A stretch of DNA of 35,300 bases from Patescibacteria group bacterium (GCA_023474975.1 JAMCXE010000003.1:1-35300), one strand, 5' to 3'. Numbered from the stretch's first letter, positions 1 through 8,854 are shown. Notes: generated by a model from the letters alone, not told the origin. A program made the numbers and translations.

Positions 1-87
1 GAAGTAATAAAAAAATATTTACCAAAAAATACGATCTGGGTGAAGCTGGCACATGGCGGAAAAGAAAATGAACGGGTAATTTCTTTC
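1..87 (+). CDS. tsaE: C-terminal fragment of TsaE on the opposite strand
   Basis: Frame +1 reads EVIKKYLPKNTIWVKLAHGGKENERVISF, which resembles the TsaE tail that follows the IEW motif. Confidence 0.7.
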
Positions 88-386
88 GGTTTTTGGATCC
101 TGTACAGATCAAAATGATAGACCTTTAAAAACTTTTGACTTTTTACTTTCGACCCCTGACTTTTTAGCGGATATTTTCGAAAAATTACAAAGGTTGGGCT
201 GGGTACGTGTGTTTTTATACCCAATGCTTTTATAAATCCCTGTGTAAAAGCAGTTTTGCCGGCACCCAAGTCACCGATCAACGCCAAAACCCGGGCATGT
301 TTTCCAACGCCGTCAGAAACTATTTTTTTAGCGAGGCGAATCGCTATTTTTTGTGTTTGTGATCTAGATTTACTTATCATGTTCAT
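77..386 (-). CDS. tsaE: TsaE (t6A biosynthesis ATPase), N-terminal ~100 codons; the continuation is inverted (see findings)
   Basis: Manual translation: MNMISKSRSQTQKIA...LALIGDLGAGKTAFTQGF...PSPTFVI...YHFDLYRI, which are TsaE motifs. GAGG RBS upstream. Absent from the ORF track because the frame runs off the window. Confidence 0.9.
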
Positions 387-460
387 TTTTCCCTCTTTTT
401 ATCTTAGTCTAACGTATGAGACCGAGAGATTTTTATTAAAATAAATTATTAATTTTATCT

Positions 461-594
461 ATCATTCCAAACTCGATTTGGAATCCAGTCTTTTCTAAAT
501 TTCCTTGCCCGCCGGCAGGCAGGAATCTCTCACATAGATTGCCACGCCACAGGCCCCCTCGGTCATAGCCCTACGGATGAGACCTTGCAATGAC
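461..594. repeat. Cluster of REP-like palindromic repeat remnants
   Basis: 461-488 ATCATTCCAAACTCGATTTGGAATCCAG; 503-523 near-palindrome CCTTGCCCGCCGGCAGGCAGG; 536-594 closely matches the reverse complement of 29957-30015 inside rsmA. Confidence 0.8.
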
Positions 595-643
595 CGATTA
601 TTTTCCCACTACACCGCGGTATAGTGGCGCTATTTTTTAATTC

Positions 644-1126
644 TTAAAACAATTTAATATCCAATCTCTTTTCTAATTGCAGGATAACATACACCGCCAC
701 CAGTCCCAATATCAACGCCAAAAACAGATCCGTGGCGATCATTTTTCCGTTTGATGGCATTAGTCTTTGATTTAACACTTCGCCATTTGTAAATCCGACT
801 TCGGCGGTTTCGGTTTTCTGATGAGTTATCAATTTTCCTTCAGTTGCCACTCCGCTATATCCCAATTTGTCCACCAAAGCTCCTTTTGCGTCAAAAAGCG
901 AAATAGTTTCGCCATTGTTATTCAAAGAAATTTTTGTCTGAGAATAAGGCAGACTCAAATTCCCGCCGGGCTGTATGGTTCCGCTCAAAGAAAACGATTT
1001 ATTGGAGGCGTCGCTTATTTTCCAGCCGGCTAAATTGACGGCTTTATCGCCGTCATTAAAAATTTTTATATATTCCCCGGCATTATCCGCCCCAACCGGA
1101 TTCGGCAAAAATTCTTGGATAATCAT
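644..1126 (-). CDS. Lamin tail domain (LTD) protein with C-terminal transmembrane helix
   Basis: IIQEFLPNP..D..GEYIKIFN...VNLAGWKISD...LNNNGETISLFD pattern; hydrophobic C-terminus. Confidence 0.8.
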   Translation of the reverse strand: MIIQEFLPNPVGADNAGEYIKIFNDGDKAVNLAGWKISDASNKSFSLSGTIQPGGNLSLPYSQTKISLNNNGETISLFDAKGALVDKLGYSGVATEGKLITHQKTETAEVGFTNGEVLNQRLMPSNGKMIATDLFLALILGLVAVYVILQLEKRLDIKLF

Positions 1127-1251
1127 ACCAGACAGTGAAAATTCGGCTATAAATTATATTTATTGCCAGGCAACGGCCGAATTTATACTGCCTGGCATAT
1201 CCACAATATTTCATCATTGCAAAACAAAAATATGCATCTTGGGGCTCGATC

Positions 1252-2040
1252 TCATCTTAAATATTTATCGCCAAATAATTTTATTAAATCTTGAATAACC
1301 TCTGTGGTAAAATAAGGGTCTATTTTAGTGTCGCTTAATCTCAATTGTAATTCTTCTAAATTTTTAACAATAAAATAATGGGAAGGTTCTAATTTGTTTA
1401 TAATCGCTTTCCCTCCAACAAGAAGGAGCATGTGTTTGGACAAAATATTTTTGCCTTTTTCTTTTAGCCACTTTTCTAAAGCCAAACTGTGACGCAAAAC
1501 TTCCCTAGAAGGACTATTATATTCACCAAGTGTATCTATACAACTATTACCATTGTGCCAATCATGTTTGAAAGTTTCTTTGCCAATAAAATCAAATTTT
1601 CCTTTTATATTTTTAATCTCTATACATATAATTCCCTTGGGTCCAATAATAACCACATCTATATCAAAGTTATTTCCTGAAATTGGAATATGAAAATTTG
1701 GATATATTTTATATCGCTCATCTAAAATTTCTATAAGTTTATTAAAAGTCTTTTTTTCGCCCCAATTTCCTTTCCATGCATTTTTCAAATTATAGATACA
1801 TAAATCTAAATAATCGCCAATTCTTTCAAGAAATTTTAATTCAAGCGTCCCTAGTAAAAAACCAGTAGTAAATGAAATTGCAGATAATACAAATGTTCGG
1901 TCTAGCCATCTTTTATTCACAAAGATGTCTCCAAAACTATATTCTAGTCCAAAATAAGCAATCAAAATTACTACCATTAAAACAAATATAATTTTAAAAA
2001 TATTAAAAATAATAAGTTTTTTAGAATATGACAAATGCAT
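1252..2040 (-). CDS. NERD nuclease-related domain protein with N-terminal TM helices
   Basis: G..GEK...DIDVVIIGPKGIICIEIKN motif; two hydrophobic segments; very low GC. Confidence 0.8.
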   Translation of the reverse strand: MHLSYSKKLIIFNIFKIIFVLMVVILIAYFGLEYSFGDIFVNKRWLDRTFVLSAISFTTGFLLGTLELKFLERIGDYLDLCIYNLKNAWKGNWGEKKTFNKLIEILDERYKIYPNFHIPISGNNFDIDVVIIGPKGIICIEIKNIKGKFDFIGKETFKHDWHNGNSCIDTLGEYNSPSREVLRHSLALEKWLKEKGKNILSKHMLLLVGGKAIINKLEPSHYFIVKNLEELQLRLSDTKIDPYFTTEVIQDLIKLFGDKYLR

Positions 2041-2043
2041 ACA

Positions 2044-3051
2044 CTAAATCAATTTCTCTCCCTTCGGATCCTTCACTCCCAAATGCTTATAAGCTTCTAC
2101 GGTGACCATTCTGCCTGCCGGAGTGCGGACTAAAAGACCAATACTCATTAAATATGGTTCATAAACATCTTCAATAATTCCGCTGTCGTCGTTAAGCGCG
2201 GCGGAAAGAGTTTGAATGCCCACCGGGCCGCCCTTGAACTTTTCAATAATAGTTAAAAGTAGTTGCCTATCTGTCGGCTCCAGACCGAGATTGTCTACCT
2301 CCAACATTTCTAATGTTTGCTTGGCAATGTCTTCTGTAACTTTTGGTGAATCGTTTACATCGGCGAAATCACGGACGCGGCGGAGCAATCTGTTTGCCGT
2401 TCTCGGAGTGAAACGCGAAGCCCGCGCGATTATATTCAGGGCAACCGGATCGATTTCCAAATTCAAAAGCTTGGCGGAACGTTTCACGATGGCTTCAATA
2501 TCGGGAATTTCGTAATAATCAAGTTTGAAAGTCGCGCCAAAACGGGAACGGAGCGGGCCGGAAAGCAAATTTGCCCTTGTTGTCGCCGCGATCAAAGTGA
2601 ACGGCGGAAGATCTATCGCCAAAGTCCTGGCACCAGCTCCCTTTCCGACTATTAAATGCAATTTCCTATTCTCTAATGCTGGATAAAGCACTTCTTCGAT
2701 CGCGCGGTTCAATCTATGCGCTTCATCAATAAACAAAACATCTCCTTTTTCCAAATTACTCAAAATTGCCGCCAGGTCTCCCATTTTTTCCAATGCCGGA
2801 CCGGAAGTTATTTTCAAATTTGCCGACATTTCCCGCGCGATCAAATATGCCAGCGTTGTTTTTCCAAGCCCTGCCTGTCCATATAAAAGAAGGTGGTCGC
2901 TAACTTCGCCGCGTTTTTTGGCGGCATCCAAAATAGTCTTCAAATTCTTCTTGATCTTCCTTTGCCCTACATATTCATCCCAATGCGACGGTCTTAAAGC
3001 CAGGTCTATCACCTCATCTCCTGCTTGTTTGTTTGTAATTTTGTTAGTCAT
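2044..3051 (-). CDS. ruvB: Holliday junction branch migration helicase RuvB
   Basis: LRPS.WDEYVGQ, GQAGLGKTTLA, LFIDEAHRL, ATTR..LL..PLRSRFG, GGPVG, EPYL motifs. Confidence 0.97.
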   Translation of the reverse strand: MTNKITNKQAGDEVIDLALRPSHWDEYVGQRKIKKNLKTILDAAKKRGEVSDHLLLYGQAGLGKTTLAYLIAREMSANLKITSGPALEKMGDLAAILSNLEKGDVLFIDEAHRLNRAIEEVLYPALENRKLHLIVGKGAGARTLAIDLPPFTLIAATTRANLLSGPLRSRFGATFKLDYYEIPDIEAIVKRSAKLLNLEIDPVALNIIARASRFTPRTANRLLRRVRDFADVNDSPKVTEDIAKQTLEMLEVDNLGLEPTDRQLLLTIIEKFKGGPVGIQTLSAALNDDSGIIEDVYEPYLMSIGLLVRTPAGRMVTVEAYKHLGVKDPKGEKLI

Positions 3052-3061
3052 ATTCTTCGTT

Positions 3062-3319
3062 TGTCGTTCCGGGCTTGACCCGGAATCCAGATCTGGATTC
3101 CCTCCACCAACTGGCGGATTCGCGAGAATGACAGAATTATCTCGCCTTACCTTCTAAAAATACCAAATTTTGTCCGTCATTGCGAGTGCTACTGAAACGA
3201 TCTGACCGTAGGTCATCCAGAGCGAAGCGTGAGGATCTCAAATGGATTGCCACGCTCCAAAAACGGGACTCGCAATGACAAAAGATAAACTCACCACCCC
3301 GCGAACTCCTCGCAATGAC
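3062..3319. repeat. Nest of palindromic miniature elements
   Basis: 3062-3133 TGTCGTTCCGGGCTTGACCCGGAATCCAG...GAATGACA; 3176-3279 with 12-bp TIR GTCATTGCGAGT/ACTCGCAATGAC, containing a nested GTCATCCAGAGCGAAGCG..GGATCT unit at 3212-3239; extra half-site CTCGCAATGAC at 3309-3319. Confidence 0.85.
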
Positions 3320-3376
3320 TAAAACTGTAATATTTTCAATTTTAAATCGTTATATTCTTCGCACCTTGTCAACCAC

Positions 3377-3405
3377 TTGACAGATTTATTATGTTATGCT
3401 ATCAT
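3377..3405 (+). promoter_or_regulatory. Sigma70-type promoter with extended -10
   Basis: TTGACA (3377-3382), 17 bp spacer, TG-C-TATCAT (-10 at 3400-3405). Confidence 0.75.
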
Positions 3406-3411
3406 ATTCTT

Positions 3412-3620
3412 ATCATTAAAAAGTAAATAGTGTAATAGCCTGTGGGCGGGAGTTGATTTTATATGGACGGTTTGGCTCCGGCGAGACCCATCCTATATGC
3501 AATTCTAACCTTTTTAAAAATTTATTTTTGAAAAGCCCTACAAACCTGTGTCGCTGCCGCGACATATTTGCCCACAGACTATTGCACTCTTTACACTAAA
3601 ACCTCTGCCGAGGTTTTTTT
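3412..3620 (+). ncRNA. Candidate structured small RNA or small-peptide mRNA
   Basis: Lies between a promoter and a terminator; 20-bp closing stem 3429-3448/3569-3588 encloses three hairpins; internal ORF 3463-3531. Confidence 0.55.
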
Positions 3621-3626
3621 GTTTTT
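3598..3626 (+). terminator. Intrinsic terminator, possibly bidirectional
   Basis: AAAACCTC-TGCC-GAGGTTTT followed by further Ts. Confidence 0.75.
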
Positions 3627-3635
3627 GGCTTACAA

Positions 3636-4226
3636 TTAATAATAATTACCCAATTCACCCTCCTTTTTTTTAAATTCTTGTTTTTCTATTATTTTCTCTA
3701 ACTCGCTAATTTTATTCCGAAAATCTTGCACATTCAATCCAGTCTTTTCAAGAACGCCAAAGAGTTTTTTTATTTTATCTAGCCTCTGTCCGATCGAGTC
3801 AGGATAGTTCAAAAACGATTCAATTTCATCTTTTTCCTCATTTTTAATTACATTCTTATCTATTTTTTCAACTACGGACTTGATGGTCTTTAATTCATCC
3901 TTAAAAATACCTGCGAGCTCCTCAACTTTTTTATCAAAACTTTCTTGTTCTATTTTTTTATAAAGTTTAATTTTGCCGTTAGAATCAAGTCTGTTTTTAG
4001 CCTGAATGAATTCATCAAAGAGAACAGTGAGGTCGGGCAAAAAATGTTCATTGTAAATACTATAAAAATACTTATTGTTTGGCCCTATTTCTGAGATCAT
4101 TCTATCTAAAATCCCTAATCTACCCGTTGTTATTGACTCCATCCCAACCTCCCTTTCCTGCCCTGATTCTACCGTGTTTTTCAACTTACTTTCAAAATAT
4201 TTTTTAGCGTCAAAATTATTTTCCAT
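3636..4226 (-). CDS. Hypothetical protein, charged and helical
   Basis: 196-aa ORF rich in K/E; no recognised motif. Confidence 0.7.
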   Translation of the reverse strand: MENNFDAKKYFESKLKNTVESGQEREVGMESITTGRLGILDRMISEIGPNNKYFYSIYNEHFLPDLTVLFDEFIQAKNRLDSNGKIKLYKKIEQESFDKKVEELAGIFKDELKTIKSVVEKIDKNVIKNEEKDEIESFLNYPDSIGQRLDKIKKLFGVLEKTGLNVQDFRNKISELEKIIEKQEFKKKEGELGNYY

Positions 4227-4253
4227 TTTTTTGTTTTTATCTTAATTTTACAA

Positions 4254-4873
4254 TTATTTTTGATTGTCTTTATTTTGTAATTTTGAAATATTGGGAGTTA
4301 CTAAAAAAATGATGACAATGGTTAAAACTAATAAAAGAGCTGGCGCCCAAATCGCGGTTGATAAGAAACTCTTTACCAACCAGGGAGACGCACTATTAAT
4401 TGGCGCCCCACTACCTAATGAAAATTCCAATAAAAATATTATGGCAAAATCATACAAGACCGACAATAGGGATAAGACCAGCGCTATAGCAAAACTTGAA
4501 AATTTATTATATTTAAAAGTCAATAAATTAAGTAAAATAAATACGGTAATTGCTCCTCCAATTATAAGAAAAAGGCTTTTCCCGCCATACATATAAACAA
4601 CGGCAATGATGCCTACTAAAAGAGTTATGGTCGCTTGCAAGGAAATAAAAAAACGTATAAGTTTCGAATAAAATCTGGTATTTTCACCGCTGTTTTGAAC
4701 TATGGTTTTAGAGGTTTGATCTTTTTTTCATTCTTCCACAATTCCTTATTTAAAATTTCTTGAATATCTTCTTTTTTATATCCCTGCTTAATTAAATCAT
4801 CAGCGATTTTCTCATTAGCAACCAAACCATCTTGTTTTATTTCTGTTATCTTTTTGATTAATTCTTCGTTCAT
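4254..4873 (-). pseudogene. Membrane protein gene split by a -1 frameshift (pseudogene, recoding site or sequencing error)
   Basis: The ATG 4873 frame (MNEELIKKITEIK...) stops at 4702-4700; the adjacent frame is open from 4727 to 4254 and encodes about 4 TM helices. Confidence 0.65.
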
Positions 4874-4897
4874 ATTTTTTTAATTAATTTTTAGAAC

Positions 4898-5020
4898 CTG
4901 GATTCCGGGTCCCTCCTTCGCATAGCTACAGCGGGCGAAGCAAGTTTGGAATGACGTAAATTTTGGTTATTTGGACATTTCGTCATTGAGATTTGATTAG
5001 AAATTAGGAATTAGAAATTG
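4898..5020. repeat. Palindromic element remnant plus heptamer repeats
   Basis: CTGGATTCC...CAAGTTTGGAATGAC (4898-4955), related to 461-488 and 3062-3133; ATTAGAA/ATTAGGA/ATTAGAA units near 4996-5020. Confidence 0.65.
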
Positions 5021-5022
5021 TT

Positions 5023-6702
5023 TTAGTTCTCGAGTTCCTCTAATGGTCCCGTTATCTTTTCCACCTCATCAAAAGTGGTAAGCCCTTGAATAACCTTCAA
5101 AATTCCATCTTCCTGCATATTCACCATTCCCTCTTTTTCTTTGGCAAATTCATCTATTTGGATCTCTCCTCCGCCGTTAGTCAAAATTTCTTCGATCTCT
5201 TTGGTAATTTTCAAAAGCTCATAAATACCAACCCTGCCCTTGTATCCAGTGCCTCCGCATTTTTCACAACCAACCGGTTCATAAATATCAAAATTTTTAT
5301 AATCATCCTTGTTCACTCTCGCCGGAAGACCTGCAACAAATTTTTCTAATTTACTTTTCATTTCATCGGAAATAGCCGCTTTTTTCTTGCAGTCAACGCA
5401 AAGTCTTTTAAGAAGACGCTGGGCAATTATCAAATTCATTGCCGGGCCGATGCTAGTAGTCCGCACGCCCAGATCTTCAAGTCTTGGAATAGCTCCGGAC
5501 GCCCTATTTGCATGAACCGTAGAAAACACTAAATGTCCGGTTAAAGACGCCTGTATCGCGATCTCTGCCGTTTCTTTATCTCTAATTTCACCGATCAAAA
5601 TAATATCCGGGTCCTGTCTCATCATAGACCTCAGTCCATTTGCAAAAGTATAGTCGGCTTCTGGATCAACTTGGGTCTGCTCTATTCCCTCCAGATGATA
5701 TTCAATAGGATCTTCGATGGTAATTATTTTACTGTCCGGAGAAGCCTTCTCTCTCAAAAAAGCATAAAGAGTTGTTGTTTTACCGGAACCCGTAGGGCCG
5801 GTATTCAAGATCATTCCATTCGGACGCTTTAGCTCCGTCTCAACTATTTTCAGATCATCGGGACGAAAACCAAGCTGAGCCATTGATAAATTAATAACAC
5901 TCGGATCCAAAATTCTCATTACAATAACCTCGCCATATTCAGAAGGAGCTATAGCTACACGAAGTTCGATATCTTTTCCCTCGCCAAAACCTATCGTAAT
6001 GCGGCCATCTTGAGCTTTATCACCAACATTCAATTTTAGATCGGCTAAAAGTTTTATTCTGGAAAGTAAATGTTTATAAATATTCATATCCAGATCAGAC
6101 ATTACATCTCGAAGATCGCCATCGATGCGATATCTAATTCTGGTCTGTTTTTCGCCCGGCTCAAAATGAATATCGGACGCTCGATTTGCCATAGCTCCGG
6201 CCAAAACGATCTCTAAAATTTGCCCGGTCGGATTATTTCTATAATCAAAAGTAGTGATCGCCTGATGCACATCATCTAGTCTTATTAATTTCTCCTTAAG
6301 AGCGCTCAGTCTGTCTTTATCGATATTTATACGTCCAGTAAGCGGTTCGGTGCTTTTTACTGCAAATTTATAAAAATCCCAGGCTTTTTTTAAACTACTC
6401 ATAGAAACCACAAAGATCTTTGGCTTTAAACCTTTTGCCTCAACAGCTTTTATTTGCGCCAAAGCTTTTGGATCTGAGGGATCAAAAACCACCAAAACAA
6501 CATCCTTACTCTTATTTTCTATCGCAGCAATTTTTGCGTCTATAGCCTCTTTTTCCGGCACAAGTAATAACGCGTCTGTTTCAATAGGCAGTAATGCAAG
6601 GTCTAAATAAGGAAAGGCGAGTCTCTCCGCCCTTCTCTGAGCGTCCCTTTCTTCAGCCTCCCTATTCATTTTTAATAATGTATCTTCCGCTTTTGTTGCC
6701 AT
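5023..6702 (-). CDS. pilB: Type IV pilus assembly ATPase, GspE/PilB family
   Basis: ASDIHFEP, QDGRI, Walker A TGPTGSGKTTTLY, TIEDPIEY, RQDPDIILIGEIRD, TGHLVFSTVH, CxxC...CxxC zinc motif. Confidence 0.9.
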   Translation of the reverse strand: MATKAEDTLLKMNREAEERDAQRRAERLAFPYLDLALLPIETDALLLVPEKEAIDAKIAAIENKSKDVVLVVFDPSDPKALAQIKAVEAKGLKPKIFVVSMSSLKKAWDFYKFAVKSTEPLTGRINIDKDRLSALKEKLIRLDDVHQAITTFDYRNNPTGQILEIVLAGAMANRASDIHFEPGEKQTRIRYRIDGDLRDVMSDLDMNIYKHLLSRIKLLADLKLNVGDKAQDGRITIGFGEGKDIELRVAIAPSEYGEVIVMRILDPSVINLSMAQLGFRPDDLKIVETELKRPNGMILNTGPTGSGKTTTLYAFLREKASPDSKIITIEDPIEYHLEGIEQTQVDPEADYTFANGLRSMMRQDPDIILIGEIRDKETAEIAIQASLTGHLVFSTVHANRASGAIPRLEDLGVRTTSIGPAMNLIIAQRLLKRLCVDCKKKAAISDEMKSKLEKFVAGLPARVNKDDYKNFDIYEPVGCEKCGGTGYKGRVGIYELLKITKEIEEILTNGGGEIQIDEFAKEKEGMVNMQEDGILKVIQGLTTFDEVEKITGPLEELEN

Positions 6703-6952
6703 ATCAAGTGATCGCGCCTATCGGCCACGAAAAAAGTTTAATTGTTTATAATGCAGTACCGACTTAAGCAAGTCTATCCCACCAAGCAAAGATCGTTTTA
6801 TCAAGACATTGTCCGAAGCGGGACAGCAATATTCTGTCGCGCAGCATATCATTATCGTAAATTAAAAATCCTTCTTATTCAATATCAAAAACTTGATAAC
6901 TTCTACAGCCATATTTTAAATTGTCTAAACTTAATTCGTCATTTTAAATGGT

Positions 6953-6981
6953 TTGACAAAAATATAAATTTATTTTATTGT
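6953..6981 (+). promoter_or_regulatory. Probable sigma70 promoter for 7018-7389
   Basis: TTGACA-17-TATTGT; GGAGG RBS before the ATG at 7018. Confidence 0.5.
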
Positions 6982-7017
6982 TATTAACAGTTCTAAAAAA
7001 TCTATTGGGAGGAACTT

Positions 7018-7389
7018 ATGATGCGCTTAATATTCATTGTTTTCACAAATTTGTTCATCGGCTCAGCATTAAGCATGCTTCGAGATACTCCGCTCAGCAC
7101 AACCGCTGCGCTAAGCATAGGTGCCGCATTCATAATTCTAGCCATACTCCTTACCGGAATGTCATTGCTTATGAAAAAAGATGAATTAAAAAAAGCTAGG
7201 AAGGTGATCAAGGAGGGAGAAGTTTATCATGTACTTTCTCAGTTTACTGCAAGAGAAGCAGGATCATCCGGCGGCGTTATCGGAGCTGTGCGCAACAATA
7301 AAACCAAAAAACTGGAATTCCTGATCTTCGACAAAGAACTTCCCCCCATCTTCAAAAAAGAAGACGGGGAATTAGTTCCTTACCAGTAA
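7018..7389 (+). CDS. Small membrane protein (2 TM), hypothetical
   Basis: Strong RBS, two hydrophobic helices, terminator downstream. Confidence 0.75.
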   Translation: MMRLIFIVFTNLFIGSALSMLRDTPLSTTAALSIGAAFIILAILLTGMSLLMKKDELKKARKVIKEGEVYHVLSQFTAREAGSSGGVIGAVRNNKTKKLEFLIFDKELPPIFKKEDGELVPYQ

Positions 7390-7394
7390 AAATC

Positions 7395-7422
7395 AGCCCC
7401 GGCCTAAAGTCGGGGCTTTTTT
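7395..7422 (+). terminator. Intrinsic terminator
   Basis: AGCCCCGGC-loop-GTCGGGGCT followed by a T run. Confidence 0.8.
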
Positions 7423-7492
7423 ATTTAAAATTTTACTTAAAAAATACCCAATCTTTAAAAAATGTTAAGTTTATTTTATAATTAAAATTAAT

Positions 7493-8035
7493 ATGTCTGG
7501 TCACAATAAATGGTCTCAGATAAAACATAAAAAAGGCGTATCCGACGTTAAACGCGGAAATTTGTTTTCCAAGCTTTTGCGTGCGATCTCCATTGCCGCT
7601 AAAGACGAGCCGAATCCACAATTCAATCCCAGGCTCCGGACCGCAGTTGAAACAGCCAAAGAAGCTCTAGTGCCGGCCGAAAACATTGAACGCGCTATAA
7701 ATAAGGCTTCCGAACAGAAAGACCTGTCAGAAATGGTGATCGAAGCATACGGACCGGAAGGATCAGCGATCATTATTGAAGCCATCACCGATAATACCAA
7801 TCGTACTATTTCTGAAGTAAAAAAGATCTTAAGTGACCATAGCGCTAAATTTGCCAATCAAGGAAGCGTGCTCTGGGCGTTTGATGCGCCAATAAAGGGA
7901 AATCCGGAAGCCGCCGAATGGAAGGCTAAATTTCCGCAAAGCATTTCCGAAGAATCAAAAGCAAAACTGGAAAAACTTATTGAAGCCCTGGACGAACATG
8001 ATGACGTCCAAAATATTTTCACGAATACTTTATAA
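7493..8035 (+). CDS. yebC: YebC/PmpR family protein (short 180-aa form)
   Basis: MSGHNKWSQIKHKK, NPRLR, EAYGPEG, TDNTNRT, DDVQNIF motifs; next to ruvC. Confidence 0.95.
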   Translation: MSGHNKWSQIKHKKGVSDVKRGNLFSKLLRAISIAAKDEPNPQFNPRLRTAVETAKEALVPAENIERAINKASEQKDLSEMVIEAYGPEGSAIIIEAITDNTNRTISEVKKILSDHSAKFANQGSVLWAFDAPIKGNPEAAEWKAKFPQSISEESKAKLEKLIEALDEHDDVQNIFTNTL

Positions 8036-8294
8036 ACGCAAATTTTCTATCTTGTCGAAACCTGCGCGGCCGAGCGGGCACGGTGCTCCAGACAATCATT
8101 TTCTCAAAAACAGCATAGTTTTTCCCAGCGGAAAAACCTGCTTCTCTCTCGGCGCTTTATCGCAGACGAACCGTGCTAAAGCGCCCCTAAGATGTTCCTT
8201 AAAAAGGATTGTCTGGAGCGAGCGAGGCGAGGAAATAGTGAGCGAACCCGCCGGGGTGAGCAAAGTGGGTTGAGAAAAATAGAAAATTTGCGTT
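8035..8294. mobile_element. 260-bp foldback element (MITE-like or structured RNA)
   Basis: Perfect 16-bp TIR AACGCAAATTTTCTAT (8035-8050/8279-8294); inner 13-bp IR GCTCCAGACAATC/GATTGTCTGGAGC; two nested hairpins. Confidence 0.7.
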
Positions 8295-8307
8295 ATATAA
8301 TTAAATT

Positions 8308-8790
8308 ATGATTATTTTAGGAATTGATCCAGGCACAACCAGAATCGGATTCGGAATAATTTCTGAGGAAGGTAAAAAACTTTCATTAATTGACTACGGC
8401 GTCATTGAAAGCGCGCCAAAACAAGAAGCCGCAAGATCCATTCCGGAAAACTGCAAAAAACTGGCAGTAATAATAAAGAAGTATAAACCAGAAATAGCTG
8501 GAATAGAAAAAATTTATTTCGCAAAAAATATCAAAACGGGCATATCTGTTGCACAGACCCGCGGAGCGCTGATCCTGGAACTCACAAAGGCAAACATAAA
8601 AGTAAGGGAACTGAGCCCATCAGAAATAAAAAGTGCTGTAGCCGGATATGGACTTGCCGACAAAAAAGCAGTGGCCAAAATGGCAGCTGCCATTTTGGGA
8701 GTAAAAGAAGGTCTAAGGGGATATGACGATGCTTCCGATGCCGTTGCCATTGCCATAGCAACCGCCTTTTCTAAAAGTTTTGGTGAATAA
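8308..8790 (+). CDS. ruvC: Crossover junction endodeoxyribonuclease RuvC
   Basis: ILGIDPG, IEKIYFAKN, AQTRG, K.AVAGYG.ADK, DDASDAVAIA motifs. Confidence 0.96.
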   Translation: MIILGIDPGTTRIGFGIISEEGKKLSLIDYGVIESAPKQEAARSIPENCKKLAVIIKKYKPEIAGIEKIYFAKNIKTGISVAQTRGALILELTKANIKVRELSPSEIKSAVAGYGLADKKAVAKMAAAILGVKEGLRGYDDASDAVAIAIATAFSKSFGE

Positions 8791-8826
8791 GGGACGTTGA
8801 TCCCCCACATAAACTTATGTAGGGGA

Positions 8827-8854
8827 TTGACACTTTTATTGTCTTTTATATAAT
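8827..8854 (+). promoter_or_regulatory. Consensus sigma70 promoter
   Basis: TTGACA-16-TATAAT, directly after a hairpin at about 8800-8827. Confidence 0.7.

Noticed and set aside
3429..3588. Retron msr-msd or 6S RNA assignment
   Set aside because: No reverse transcriptase is nearby, and the fold looks multibranched rather than a rod with a central bubble; left unassigned.
6742..6987. 81-aa ORF or riboswitch upstream of pilB
   Set aside because: TTG start without an RBS; no recognisable protein or aptamer motif. It could be a decayed gene, but that is unsupported.
7980..8273. 97-aa ORF between yebC and ruvC
   Set aside because: Overlaps yebC out of frame and simply reads through the foldback element.
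2044..8790. ruvA absent between ruvC and ruvB; recF/gyrB and yidD absent near dnaA
   Set aside because: These genes may lie elsewhere in the genome; loss cannot be judged from one window.
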